A stretch of DNA of 64,000 nucleotides. It comes from Squalus acanthias (Eukaryota). Positions within the stretch are counted from its first letter, which is position 1. Every line of letters starts with the position of its first letter. This document shows positions 12,208 through 24,693 of this stretch, in pieces. The notes beneath the pieces were generated by a model that did no database searches, had not been told where the DNA came from, and saw only the letters and a list, made by a program, of their open reading frames with translations. The position numbers were made by a program, and so were the translations under genes. Location: the NCBI GenBank assembly GCA_030390025.1, contig JASTWF010000033.1:3102001-3166000 (forward strand), given 5' to 3'.

Positions 12208-13827
12208 TGTAGAATTCGCAAAATATCGCGAGTTCGAAATAACGAGATAGAGACATACAGTTTTGTATAAACAGCTTTATTTCAGCAAAATGCTGTCATG
12301 TTTCAAAACGGAGACAAGCAGCCTGTAAAATGGCCGCCACGCCTCGTGGCAGAAGGTTATAGACTTTCAGTGGGCAGACAAGATGGCGTTTCAATAAACA
12401 TTTCAGCAAGATCGGACAGTACTCAGCATATTGATATAAGACAAGACGCGATCGTTTTGCATTTTTAACACCGAAGCAAGAAATATATGTGCTGGAATCG
12501 GTTTTCCATGCACAAACGAGGGCTATTGTACTGGGTAATCAAGGGCCCATCCAAAGACATTGATACGCAAATTCCCCGCGGCTCTACGATGAGAGAGCCA
12601 TTCGCGGGTACTAACAGCAAGAATTCGGAGGCCCCCAAAACTCCTCCAGGGAGACTCCCTAGCCGGTTCCACAATGGGAGAAATATTAACGGGTACTCAG
12701 ACAGTTACAAGTATCACCGATACCCATTAACGACAAGAACCAACCCGTACAAGAAGTTTGAGCGCCAAAAACATGACAAAAGATGAACATTAAGATTAGG
12801 CGGGAGATAAGGAATTACAGTACTATAACTGTAGTGTCCAAATGTCCATCTTTCTCTTATCCCTGACGACTCTTGACTCTTATTCTCTGATCCGCTGATC
12901 CTTCTGGGGTCGACCTCGTGGCTTGCCACGACGATCTGTGGAGAGCTGGTCTGCGAAGGCCTGCAAACGGGCACACCATCCCCAGAGGTCGGTAAACGGA
13001 GTTGCATCCGAAGGCCCGAGAGGAGATGAGATGAGATGAGATGAGAAGAGAAGAAGAAGACTACACGTGCCGCCGCGGTCAGTAAGCCCCGACCGCGCCC
13101 GAAAATCGATTAATCACTTCTTTGAATTTTATCGGCTACTCCACAACTGGCACCAGAAGACTCTTCTTCGAGTTTTACCGAACCGGTGTCGGCACAGGAA
13201 GACTCTTCTTTGAATTTTATCAGGAGTCCGTGGTCATCACAGATGTTCATGACAGCAGACGGTCCAGCCTGCTAGCCGGAGCAGAGCAAGTAAACAAGTG
13301 GGGTCCAGAGACCCCTGATCAACACGTGAATAGTCAGGTGTTGTGGCGAAAACATCCGAGCATCGTTTTAGAATTCTCCGAGTTATCACGAGTGGTGAGC
13401 ATGACGCTCGATCCTACAGATCTAGATTAGGACAGGAATTAATAGGGGAGGGTTTTCGTTTTAAGGATAATTATAATGTGTGTCCCCTTTTAAGATGTGT
13501 CGTGCGCTGCTCGTTTCCCTAAACCTAGTTTCATAAATGTATGTATGCTTTTACTGTCATTAATCTGTGCTGATGACATGTATTTCGTAATCTTGAACAA
13601 CATGCAATAAAGATTTTCCATTTCGTACTATTCAAACGGGTCTACCTGAGTTTTCTCTGCATTATTGCTCTCGCACCTAAGTCCAGTGTCAGAACCGTAA
13701 GGGCGAGTGCGTCGAACCACTCAAAGGTGTCTCGTGTTACCAGGCCGGCTGGAAACCAGAACAGGCAACGAGGCCTAACCCCGCACTAGCACCCAGGCTA
13801 AGCACAGAGCCATCCGAACCCCTTACA
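12208..13827 (+). repeat. 3' LTR of provirus 1 (1620 bp)
   Basis: Starts TGTAGAATTCGCAAAAT, ends CCCCTTACA; AATAAA at 13606-13611; termini match the provirus 2 LTR. Confidence 0.85.
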
Positions 13828-15050
13828 AGAAAGAGAGAGGGACAGGCTGGGTGAAATCAATGCGGGAGAGACAGAGAGAGAGAGACAGACAGAGTGTGAG
13901 ACAGAGAGAGGGACAGGCTGGGTGAAATCAATGCGGGAGAGATAGAGAGAGAGAGACAGACAGAGTGTGAGACAGAGAGAGAGACAGACAGAGTGTGAGA
14001 CAGAGAGAGGGACAGACTGGGTGAAATCAATGCTGGAGCGAAAGAGAGAGAGAGACAGACAGAGTGTGAGACAGAGAGAGGGACAGGCTGGGTGAAATCA
14101 ATGCGGGAGAGACAGAGAGAGAGACAGACAGAGTGTGGGTCAGAGAGAGGGATAGGCTGGGTGAAATCAATACTGGAGAGACAGAGAGAGAGAGACGGGG
14201 AGAGAATGAGACAGAGAGAGAGACAGACAGAGTGTGAGACAGAGAGAGAGACAGACAGAGTGTGAGACAGAGAGAGAGAGACAGATAGAGTGTGAGACAG
14301 AGAGAGGGACAGGCTGGTTGAAATCAATACGGGAGAGACAGAGAGAGAGAGACGGGGAGAGAGTGAGACAGAGAGAGAGACAGACAGAGTGTGAGACGGC
14401 GAGAGAGACAGACAGAGTGTGAGACAGAGAGAGAGAGAGAGACAGACAGAGTGTGGGTCAGAGAGAGAGACAGACAGAGTGTTGGTCAGAGAGAGGGACA
14501 GGCTGGGTGTGAGACAGAGAGAGGGACAGACAGAGTGTGAGACAGAGAGAGGGACAGGCTGGGTGAAATCAATGCGGGAGAGACAGAGATAGAGAGACAG
14601 ACATAGTGTGGGTCAGAGAGAGGAACAGGCTGGGTGAAATCAATGCGGGAGAGACAGAGAGAGAGAGACAGACAGAGTGTGAGACAGAGAGAGAGAGACA
14701 GACAGAGTGTGAGACAGAGAGAGGGACAGGCTGGGTGAAATCAATGCGGGAGAGAAAGAGAGAGAGACAGACAGAATGTGAGACAGAGAGAGGGACAGGC
14801 TGGGTGAAATCAATGCGGGAGAGACAGAGAGAGATACCGACACAGTGTGAGACAGAGAGAGGGAAAGGCTGGGTGAAATCAATGCCGGAGAGACAGAGAG
14901 AGAGAGACAGACAGAGTGTGAGACAGAGAGAGGGACAGGCTGGGTGAAATCAATGCGGGAGAGACAGAGAGAGAGAGACAGACAGAGTGTGAGACAGAGA
15001 GAGGGACAGGCTGAGAAAAATCAATGCGGGAGAGACAGAGAGAGAGAGAG
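13828..15050. repeat. GA-rich satellite (right block); low-complexity GA-rich DNA continues to ~16070
   Basis: Same core as 4020-4699. Confidence 0.9.
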
Positions 15051-16072
15051 AAGGGGAGACAGTGAGAGATACAGATGGGGGAGACAGACAGGGAGGCAGA
15101 GAGCGTGAGACTCTTGGGAGCGACAGACTGGGGAGATAGAGCGAGAGAAAGATCGGTGGAAAAAGGATGGGGGGAGAGACTGATGGAGACAGACGGGGCA
15201 GAAAGAAAGAAAGAAAGACAGACGGGAGTGCAAGACAGTGGTGGGAAGGGTGGGCGAGAGAGAGAGAGAGATAGATGGGGGAGAGAGCAAGAGTGAGAGA
15301 TGCGGAGACTAACGTTGGGAGACAGAGAGAGAGACACTTGGATTGAGACAGAGAGAGACACAGACGACGGGGGGTCACAGAGACAGACAGAATGGGAGAC
15401 CGAGAGGGAGTTAGTTGGGTGGGACATGATGTTGAGACTGGCGGGGGAGGAGAAGGACGAGAGGGAGCGACGCAGGAGATTGACGCGGGAGAGACAGAGG
15501 GAGACAGAGAGCAGCAGGGGACATTGATGTGGAGCAGTTTAGACAGGATGGGACAAGAGAGAAACAGGCGGGATTGGTGGGGAGAAAGAGCGAGATCGAC
15601 AGACAGGCAGTCAGAGAGAGAGAAAGCCAGGGGAGAAAGAGGGGTTGAGGAAGAGAGAGACAGACAGACAGAAAGACAGACAGGGTGAGATAGACACGGG
15701 AGAGACAGAGACAGAATGAGACAGATTGGGAGACAGACGGCAGGAGGCAGACGGAGGAAATATATGGTGGAGAAAGCGCGAGAGACAGAAATTGGTAGAA
15801 GGGCGGCGGGGATGGGTTCGGTGCGAGAGCCATGCAGACAGACGCAGGGAGATAGCTGGTGAGGAGAAAGACAGCGGAGACTGATGGGGTGAGAAACAGA
15901 GAGAGGTACAGACGCAGGGAGATAGATGGGTAGGAGAAAGACAGGCGAGATGGATGGGCTGAGACACAGAGAGAGGGACAGACGCGGTGAGAAAGAAACA
16001 GTGAGATGGACGGGGGAATTAGACAGCTCGTGACAGACCGGAGAGTTAGCAAGGGGAGGCAAGATGGAGGAA

Positions 16073-17455
16073 GTTTTATTTAATTTATTCATTCACGGTG
16101 TGTGAGCTTCGCTGGAAAATGCCCATCCCTAATTGCCCTTGAGAAGGTGTTGGTGAGCCGCTTTCTTGAACCGCTGCAGTCCGTGTGTTGAAGGTGCTCC
16201 CACATGCTGTAAGGCAGTAATTTCCAGGATTTTGAAACAGCGACGATGAAGGCACGGCGATACATTTCCAGTCGGAAAGGTGTGTTGACATGGAGGGGAA
16301 CTTGGAGGAGGTGGTACTTCCACTCACCCGCTAACCCTTGTCCTTCTAGGTAGTAGAGGTCGCGGGTTTGGGAGGTGCTGCCGAAGAAGCCTTGGCGAGT
16401 TGCTGCAGTGTATCTTGGAGATGGTACACACTGCAGCCACGGTACGTCGGTGATTGAGGTTGTAAATACTTAAGGTGATGGGTGGGTTGCCAATCAAGCG
16501 GGCTGCTTTGTACTGGATGCTGTCGAGCTTCTTGAGTGTTGTTGGAGCTGCACTCATCCAGGCAAGTGAAGAATATTCCATCACACTCCTTACTTGTGCC
16601 TTGTAGATGATAGAAAGACTTTGGGGAGTCAGGAGATGAGACACTCGCCGCAGAATACCTAGCCTCTGACCTGCTCTTGTTGCCACAATATTTATGTGTC
16701 TGGTCCAGTTAAGTTTCTGGTTAATGGTGACCCCCAGGATGTTGATGGTGTGGGAATCGGCGATGGAAATGCCGTTGAATATCAAGGGGCGGTGGTTAGA
16801 CTCTCGCGTGTTGAAGATAGTCATTGCCTGGCACTTGTGTGTTACCTACCACTTATCATCCCAAGCCTGAATGTCGTCTTGTTAGATGCGGGCATGGACT
16901 GCTTCATTATCTGAGGAGTTGCGAATGCAACTGAACACTGTGCAGTCATCAGTGAACATCCCCATTACTGTCTTTATGTTGGAGGGAAGGTCATTGATGA
17001 AGCAGCTGAAGATGGTTTGGCCTAGGGCACTGCCCTAAGGAACTCCTGCAGCGATTTCCTGGGGTTGTGATGATTGAGCTCCAACCACGACAACCACTTT
17101 CTTTGTGCGATGTGTGATACCAGCCAGTGGAGCGTTTTACCCCGGATTCCCATTGACTTCAGTTTTACGAGGGCTCCTTGATGCCACACTCGGTCAAATA
17201 CTGCCTTGACGTCAAGGGCTGTCACTCTCAGCTCAATCTGGAATTCAGCTCCTTTGTCCATGTTTGGACCAAGGCTGTAATGAGATCGGGAACCGAGTGA
17301 TCCTGACGGAACCCAAACTGGGTATCAGTTAGCAGGTTATTGGTGAGTAAGTGCCGCCTGATAGCACTATCGCCGACGTCTTCCATCACTTTGCTGATGA
17401 TTGAGAGTAGACTGATGGGGCGCTAATTTGCCGGATTGCAATTGTCCTGCTTTAG
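16073..17455 (-). mobile_element. Non-LTR retrotransposon 3' part (second CR1/L2-group family)
   Basis: ALDVKAVFDRVWH and YKAQVRSVMEYSSLAW RT/thumb motifs; A-rich tail at ~16073. Confidence 0.8.
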
Positions 17456-19350
17456 GTGGATTGGAGGCTGTATTAGTTTGAGGGGCTGTGTTAGTGTGAG
17501 GGGCTGTATTATTTTGAGGGGTAAAATCAGCTTGAGGAGCATTATGAGTTTGAGGAGCTGTATTAATTTATGATGGTGTAGTAGTTTGAGGTGCTGTATT
17601 AGATTGAGGGGCTTTATTAGATTTAGGGTCTGTATTAGTTTGAGGGGCTGTATTAGTTTGAGGTACTGTATTAGGTTGAGGGTGTGTATTAGTTTGAGGT
17701 GCTGGATTAGATTGAGAGGATGCATTAGTTTGAGCTACTTCATTAGTGTCAGGGAGTGTATTAGTTTGAGGAGCTGTATTAGTTTGATGGACTGTATTAG
17801 TTTGAGGTACTGTATTAATTTGAGGAGCCTTGTTAGTTTTAGGTACTGTATTACTTTAAGGGGATGTATTAATTTGAGGTACTGTATTAGTTTGAGGTAC
17901 TGTATTACTTTGAGTGGTGGTATTAGTTTGAGGTACCGTATTACTTTGAGGGGATGTATTAATTTGATGTACTCTATTAGTTTGAGGGGCTGTATTAGTT
18001 TGAGGTACTGTATTAGTTTGAGGGGGTGCATTAGTTTGAGGAGCTGTATTAGTTTGAGTGGCTGTATTAGTTTGAGGTACTGTATTAGTTTGAGGTGCTG
18101 TATTAGTTTTGAGGTACTGTATTAGTTTGACATACAGTATTAGTTTCAGGGGCTGTATTATTTTGAGGTGCTGTATTAGTTTGAGGTGCTGTATTAGTTT
18201 GAGGTACTGTATTAGTTTGAGGTGTTGTATTAATTTGAGGGGCTGTATTAGTTTGAGGTGCTGTATTAGTTTGAGGTACAGTATTAGTTTGAGGGGCTGT
18301 ATTATTTTGAGGTGCTGTATTAGTTTGAGGTGCTGTATTATTTTGAGGTGCTGTATTAGTTTGAGGGGCTGTATTATTTTGAGGTGCTGTATTAGTTTGA
18401 GGTGCTGTATTAGTTTGAGGTGCTTTATTAGTTTGAGGTACTGTATTAGTTTGAGGTGTTGTATTAGTTTGAGGGGCTGTATTAGTTTGAGGGGCTGTAT
18501 TAGTTTGAGGTGTTGTATTAATTTGAGGGGCTGTATTAGTTTGAGGTGCTGTATTAGTTTGAGGTGCTGTATTAGTTTGAGGTGCTGTATTAGTTTGAGG
18601 GGCTGTATTAGTTTGAGGTGCTGTATTAGTTTGAGGTACAGTATTAGTTTGAGGGGCTGTATTATTTTGAGGTGCTGTATTAGTTTGAGGTGCTGTATTA
18701 TTTTGAGGTGCTGTATTAGTTTGAGGGGCTGTATTATTTTGAGGTGCTGTATTAGTTTGAGGTGCTGTATTAGTTTGAGGTGCTTTATTAGTTTGAGGTA
18801 CTGTATTAGTTTGAGGTGTTGTATTAGTTTGAGGGGCTGTATTAGTTTGAGGGGCTGTATTAGTTTGAGGTGCTGTATTAGTTTGAGGTACTGTATTAGT
18901 TTGAGGTGTTGTATTAGTTTGAGGGGCTGTATTAGTTTGAGGGGCTGTATTAGTTTGAGGTGCTGTATTAGTTTGAGGGGCTGTATTAGTTTGAGGGGCT
19001 GTATTAGTTTGAGGGGCTGTATTATTTTGAGGTGCTGTATTAGTTTGAGGTGTTGTATTAGTTTGAGGGGCTGTATTAGTTTGAGGGGCTGTATTAGTTT
19101 GAGGTGCTGTGTTAGTTTGAGGTGCTGTATTAGTTTGAGGTGCTGTATTAGCTTGAGGTACTGTATTAGTTTGAGGTGCTGTATTAGTTTGAGGGGCTGT
19201 ATTAGTTTGAGGGGGTGTATTATTTTGAGGTGCTGTATTGTTTTGAGTGGCTGCTTCAGTTTGGTTATTTTTATTAGAGGTAGTTTATTAATTGGAGAAT
19301 GTATGTAGAGTTGATGGGCTGTATTAGTGAGGGGCTGTATTAGTTTGAGG
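17456..19350. repeat. 18-bp minisatellite (TGTATTAGTTTGAGGKGC)n
   Basis: Direct periodicity, about 100 units. Confidence 0.97.
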
Positions 19351-19446
19351 ATCGATCGATATTAATTCCCCACTTTAATTTGTTAACTGAATGGACACAT
19401 TTAAATAGGGCAACCACATCACAGAGTACAACAGACCAGCCCTGAG

Positions 19447-21100
19447 TGTGAAGGGATAATCACAAATCCTAGCCCTTTCGGACTACCCCAGATCAGACGT
19501 ATTCCCCAGATGTTCACTTTCAACTAAAGTTAGCGGTAGCCGGATCCCATAAGATGCTTAATTGGGTCTAAAGGTCAGACTACCTCTCCCTAAAGGAAAG
19601 AAACAGTCCGAACATGTGACCATCCTCCGGATAGTACTTTTAAGAAGTTTAACTAGACTGCAACCTTCCGGACATTATGAGGGTCCGGAATACCCCCCGG
19701 AATTCTGCAACTCCTTTGAGTGTAGATAAAATGAGTTTGCGAGATTGATACAAAATACTCTGTGACACTTTTCTAAAATTATATAGATTTACTAAACAAC
19801 TCACATTTATTGAACAGCTGCTTTGGCAATCACAACTTTAATCGTTCAAAATACAAATTCCTCCGGATCGCAACTTTAATCGTTCAAAATACAAATAGCT
19901 TACATTTCTTATCAGTGATCCTTATTCTCAAATCTTAACTTCGTTACATTTCCATACTTCTACTTATTTCTTAATCCAGAATATCCAGCAAAATCAAATA
20001 CCTTGATTACCCCAGACTCAATGTTAAAAACTTACAGAGAGTGTCTGTGAAGTTGAGAAACGCTTGTCTTCCCAGAGACTTCGGACTTTCCATTTGAAAA
20101 GCTCTTATTTTTATATCTTTTTTTGGGTCGTTTATCCTTTGAAGTTTTCCTGATAATGTAAGCTAATTATTTCAAGTCATTCTTTGGTGACTTTGTTCTA
20201 TTCTTACTTGTCATATCAGCTGTCAGCTTTTATACTTGTGTCTCTACCTTTAGGTGTTTCAAAAACCTATCATAAAATGGTTATAATCGATTTATCTATG
20301 TGATGCCATTCTTAGGAAGTCTTTCTATTGAATTTCGAATACTACTTTAACTGGTTATTATCAGAAGGTTGTGACTCCGTGGTATTCCACGCTCAACACA
20401 AGAACAATGTAATTGCTTGATGCATCTATTGAAGTAACATTTTCAAAGTCGTCTTGCTTGTGTACCTTTCACAACTTGTAAATGAAAACCACTTTAACTA
20501 GTATCTTCATGCATTTCAATTTACTTCAATTGGTTTTTATCAGACCTCGGGACTCCATATTTCAACTTAACATTATAAACTATTTGTTCAGCAGGCGTTT
20601 CCTTTCTTGATGTCATTTCATCAAAGCCTTCTGTAGGTATCATATTTACAATATGTAAATTGAAAACACTTTAACTCAGTGTTTACTTGTTTTCTAGCTA
20701 TCTCAATTGGTTGCATATTTAATCGTGTTTCCTGTCTTCTTTGATGTTATATTATGATTGGTTAATATTCTAAGTTTCTATTTGCATCAGCGTTAGCTTT
20801 TGACACTTTAAACTGGGTGATTCCATTGTGTTGGTTCGAATGTTCAGACCTAGAGGAACCTTCAATGGTTTGCTTCAATATGGCATTGTTTTAGCATTTT
20901 TAACTGATTCCCATTTCAGAGCTTCTGGTGTTTTACAACTTTGTTTAACAACTGATCTTTATCTCAGAAGCCTGTATTTCTGCCTGCAGCCTTGTCTGCT
21001 AAGGCTTATGTGTTTTAAACCCAGTATGTCATTTATTAATAATTTCAGAAATCTGTTCTTAGTATCTTGTATTTTTCTGAATCCTGGCTATTCCTTCACA
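19447..21100 (-). mobile_element. Solo LTR (1654 bp) of a different family
   Basis: Inverted termini TGTGAAGG...CCTTCACA; on the minus strand TATA-like TATAAAA (~20110) precedes AATAAA (19806-19811); internal repeats; flanks TGAG/AGAG (imperfect 4-bp TSD). Confidence 0.7.
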
Positions 21101-21431
21101 AGAGGACACTCTAAAATTTGTAATATAATTAATGAATGGCCACAGCAGAGGGAAGGACATCAGCGAGACAACATGAGATCGATGGATGGACCTGATGGTG
21201 TGTGAAACAACATCCCCATTGCTGGGAGAATACAGCTGACAAATTGCATTACGTCATTAATGTGATCAGAATTCTCCAGTCTTTGGGGTTTTCAATTTCA
21301 ATATCAGCACTAAATATATTTCATCACAACAGGGACTTAATTCAGCTGTCGTAATCTGTTTGTACAAATTTAAAAAATAACTATTTTGAACGATGTTGCA
21401 ACCTCAATGTCCCCGTGGAGATCCCGCTGTG

Positions 21432-21438
21432 TATAAAT
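21432..21438 (+). promoter_or_regulatory. Putative TATA box of the GPCR gene
   Basis: TATAAAT about 85 nt upstream of ATG 21523. Confidence 0.5.
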
Positions 21439-21522
21439 TAAAGGCTCTGGGAATGTATCGCCTTACAATTCAATTCAGAGAGATTTCCTGCAGCACGAAG
21501 GGCAAATCGCTTCACGTAGAAA

Positions 21523-21589
21523 ATGCATCGACCAATTTACAAAATGTCAAAAATATTCTTCATGACCGTTGCTGTCGTTGGTGTTCTTG
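21523..21589 (+). CDS. GPR139/142-like class A GPCR, coding exon 1
   Basis: MHRPIYKMSKIFFMTVAVVGVL then phase-1 donor G|GTAAGT; joins exon 2 in frame to give TM1 GVLVN. Confidence 0.82.
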
Positions 21590-21895
21590 GTAAGTGACTA
21601 TAACCATTGAAGTTGTGTAAATCTGTGTGTGAGCTGGTCTCTGGTTTTGCTATGTGACTGACAATGTTACATGCAGGTCTAGTGATCCCCATTATAGAGA
21701 CACCCGATCAGTTATATCATTTCGTTCATGTCCTGAGTTACCTCGGCGGGTTTATTCCATTGCCTCAACATAAAATAAACTTATGTTTCTAACTCCTTTC
21801 TCGCTGAATTGTGAAGTTATTGCCTTGAATGCAAAATCATTTAATTTTGAATATGAACACAGTGCGGGCAATTCCCTGAGAGAAGGTATTTGTAG

Positions 21896-22170
21896 GAATA
21901 TCTGTCACTGTAGAACTTTACTAAGTGTTGGTCAATTACGGGAGTGGAACACTTAAACTCAGTGGCTTTGTACTACTGGGAGTATCTGTCACTGTAGAAC
22001 TGTACTGAGTGTGGATCACTAACCGGAGTGGAACACCTGACCCCAGTGTCCATGTATTACTTGGAGTATCTGTCACTGTAGAATTGTACTGAGTTTGGGT
22101 CACTAACTGGAGTGGAACACCTGACCCCAGTGGCCATGTATTACTGAGTGTGGGTCACTAACTGATGTGG
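21896..22170. repeat. 84-bp tandem repeat, about 3 copies (intronic)
   Basis: TATCTGTCACTGTAGAA recurs with 84-nt spacing. Confidence 0.8.
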
Positions 22171-22339
22171 AAGAAGACGGATCTACTTTGCTATCATTTT
22201 TTCAGGTGACTGATCTCTCCCTTCCATGGAGCTGCCTTCGTGTTTTACGAATATAAAGGGGAAGATTTTTGCTGTTGGTTGAAAATGTTTGGATCTCAGC
22301 GTAGAAAGAGAAATGCATTGATGTTGTTCTGTTTCCTAG

Positions 22340-23600
22340 GACACTATTAGTTCACCCCTTAGCCTTCTCTAATCTAGAGAAAAGAGGCCCAGCCTGTTCA
22401 ATGTTTCCTGACAGTTATAATCTCTCAGTTCTGGAATCATCCTTGTAAAATACTTATAGCTTCCGCACTGCCTGGAAATCCTTTTAGTAATATGGAGTCC
22501 TGAATTCTACACAGTATGCTAAGTACGGTATTACCAGGGTTCTACAATTTTAACATAACCTCTTTGCTTTTCGATTTCATTGCTCTAGATTTGAGCACCA
22601 GTGCTGTGTCTGCATTTCATGGCCTTGTTAACCTGCCTTGCTAATTTAAATGATTTGTGAGTCTGTAGCCAGAAAACCCATTGCCCTCTCCCCCATTCAG
22701 ACTCTTATTTTCCGATGGATATTTGAGAACCTCATTCTTCATAACAAAGTGCAGCTCCTCACACTTAGCTACATTGACATTAATGAACCATTTAAATGCC
22801 CATTTGGAAATGTATTAATGGCTTCAGGTATTTGGTTGCATTCTTTCTCTGTATTAACTGCACTCCCAAAGTGGATTCGCCTGCAAATGTTGAATTTGTG
22901 CTTCAGCTTCCCGAGTCCATATCGTTTATGTAAATGATGAACAACTGTGGTCCCAGCGCCAGTCCTTGTCAAAGACCAGTTCTCACCTTCCGCTCATCTG
23001 GGTAAATACCTTCATCACCTACTCCATGTTCTCTGTTTGTATAGCGAGCCTGCTATCCGTTCTGCTGCTTGTCCCTTTGCTGCACATGCTCTGAGATTAG
23101 TCATGAGTCTGCAATGGGACTTATCGAAGTCTGCAACTTATCGAATGGTTTTGGAAAATCAAGATATATTACATCTATCAAATTACCCTTATCTACATTT
23201 ACTGATACTTACTCAAAGAATTTAATCAGTTTGGTCAAGTATGACATTCCTTTTTGAATACGTTCTGACTACCCTTTATTATATTTTGTGTTTCTGGGTG
23301 TTTTTTTCTATTATATTGGAGTAAGGGTTCCATTATATTTCCTATCACCTCCGTTATGCTAACTGGCCTACAGGTCCTTGGACTTTTTCAATCTTCCGTT
23401 TCAAATACAGGAATAAAATCAGCTGTACGCCAGTCCTCTGGCACTATTCCCTTTTCTATGACTTTTTATCAATTTATAATAGTGCCTCTGTTATCTCTTC
23501 CATATCTTTATTAGTTTTCAATCCATCTGAATCAAATGTCTTATCCTCTCTTTGATTGCTTTATAAATTATCTCCTCCATTTCAAAATTGTATATCTTGA
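22340..23600 (-). mobile_element. Old, degenerate CR1 fragments in the GPCR intron
   Basis: Patchy similarity to the younger CR1 copies in this window. Confidence 0.65.
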
Positions 23601-24693
23601 AGTTGTTTGATGAAAATATTCAATTGTTATTTGACAGAGTTTAATTCCGCACCACACCAATCTCTCTATCTTATTCAGGCTCTGAATCCGCATCTAGAGT
23701 TTCATGCTTCACCTATTGTCCCACAACATGTGTGAGATCCTCCTTCTGAGGTCGGAACTGTGCTCCAGATGTCCATTAATGTTTCTGGACATGTCCGTAC
23801 GCCTCTCCTCGGCGAGATTTCAGTAAACCACGAGCTGGCCTCAAAATCACAGCGGGCGGGATATGGTTTGACATCCCGGGGATGGGGGTGGTTTGTGCGA
23901 TCCTGGGGTTGGTTCCAATCCCCGAATACGGGAGGGGATGCCCTAGCCCGGGAGAGTAGACCCCGGACCGGGGGAAGGTACGATCCCCGAACCCGGGGGG
24001 TGCAGATTCCGGGGGGAGGAATTTCCTGAACAGGAGGGGTTGTCCAATTGTGGGCGTTGTCAGTTGGATCTGAACCCCGACACCGGCGGGGAGATGTTCG
24101 ATCCCAAAATGTATTTAATCCCGTGTGTGGTGACCGATCCTGGATGGGTTTCTGATCCGGGGGGCGGGGTCCTATCCTCGACAGATGGATTCCAATCTCC
24201 GACTCTTGTATCTTTTTATGGGGGTGGGCTCCACGGGGAGGGGAGATTGGGAGGCCGGGAGGAAACACTCCTGCTCCTCCTGGTCTACACGCAGTGTGTG
24301 AATGCATTGAAACTCTCCCTGACGCTGTCCTCGCCTCTCCTCAGCTGCTGGGATTCCCGAGGACTGGAAAACCAGGCCGGCCACTGTTAATCCAGTAAAA
24401 CAAGTTAAATCAGAGGCTGCTAGCCTCATTAAAATAATTAAATTTCCAACTCGTAGCACTGTAGCCCCCCTCCTCCCTCCAACCTCCCCCGCCACCGTCT
24501 CGTCTCCGTTACACTCGGCAGTGGGCAGGTTGGAGACAAGTTGGGTTTATGATGAGATTTTTAAAATATTAATCTCTGACCCGACCCTAACACAACAGAT
24601 TTGGGGAGCTAAAATCCAGCTCTTACTGTATGGGCTCAGACACGGAGAATGTTTGATCAGTAATTTCCAGTCTCATTTCCCTTTTTTTTACAG

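Larger units (their letters stand above)
4700..13827 (+). mobile_element. Endogenous retrovirus-like provirus 1 (5'-truncated): RNase H, integrase, env, PPT, 3' LTR
   Basis: Ordered pol-env-PPT-LTR layout; collinear homology to provirus 2. Confidence 0.92.

Noticed and set aside
12487..12786. Accessory gene in LTR1 U3
   Set aside because: Short, no recognisable motif, no counterpart in LTR2
18109..19308. 399-aa Cys-rich ORF
   Set aside because: Translation of the 18-bp minisatellite
23702..24620. GC-rich intronic ORFs (201 aa and others)
   Set aside because: No domain features; probably a decayed non-autonomous transposon, but its ends could not be defined
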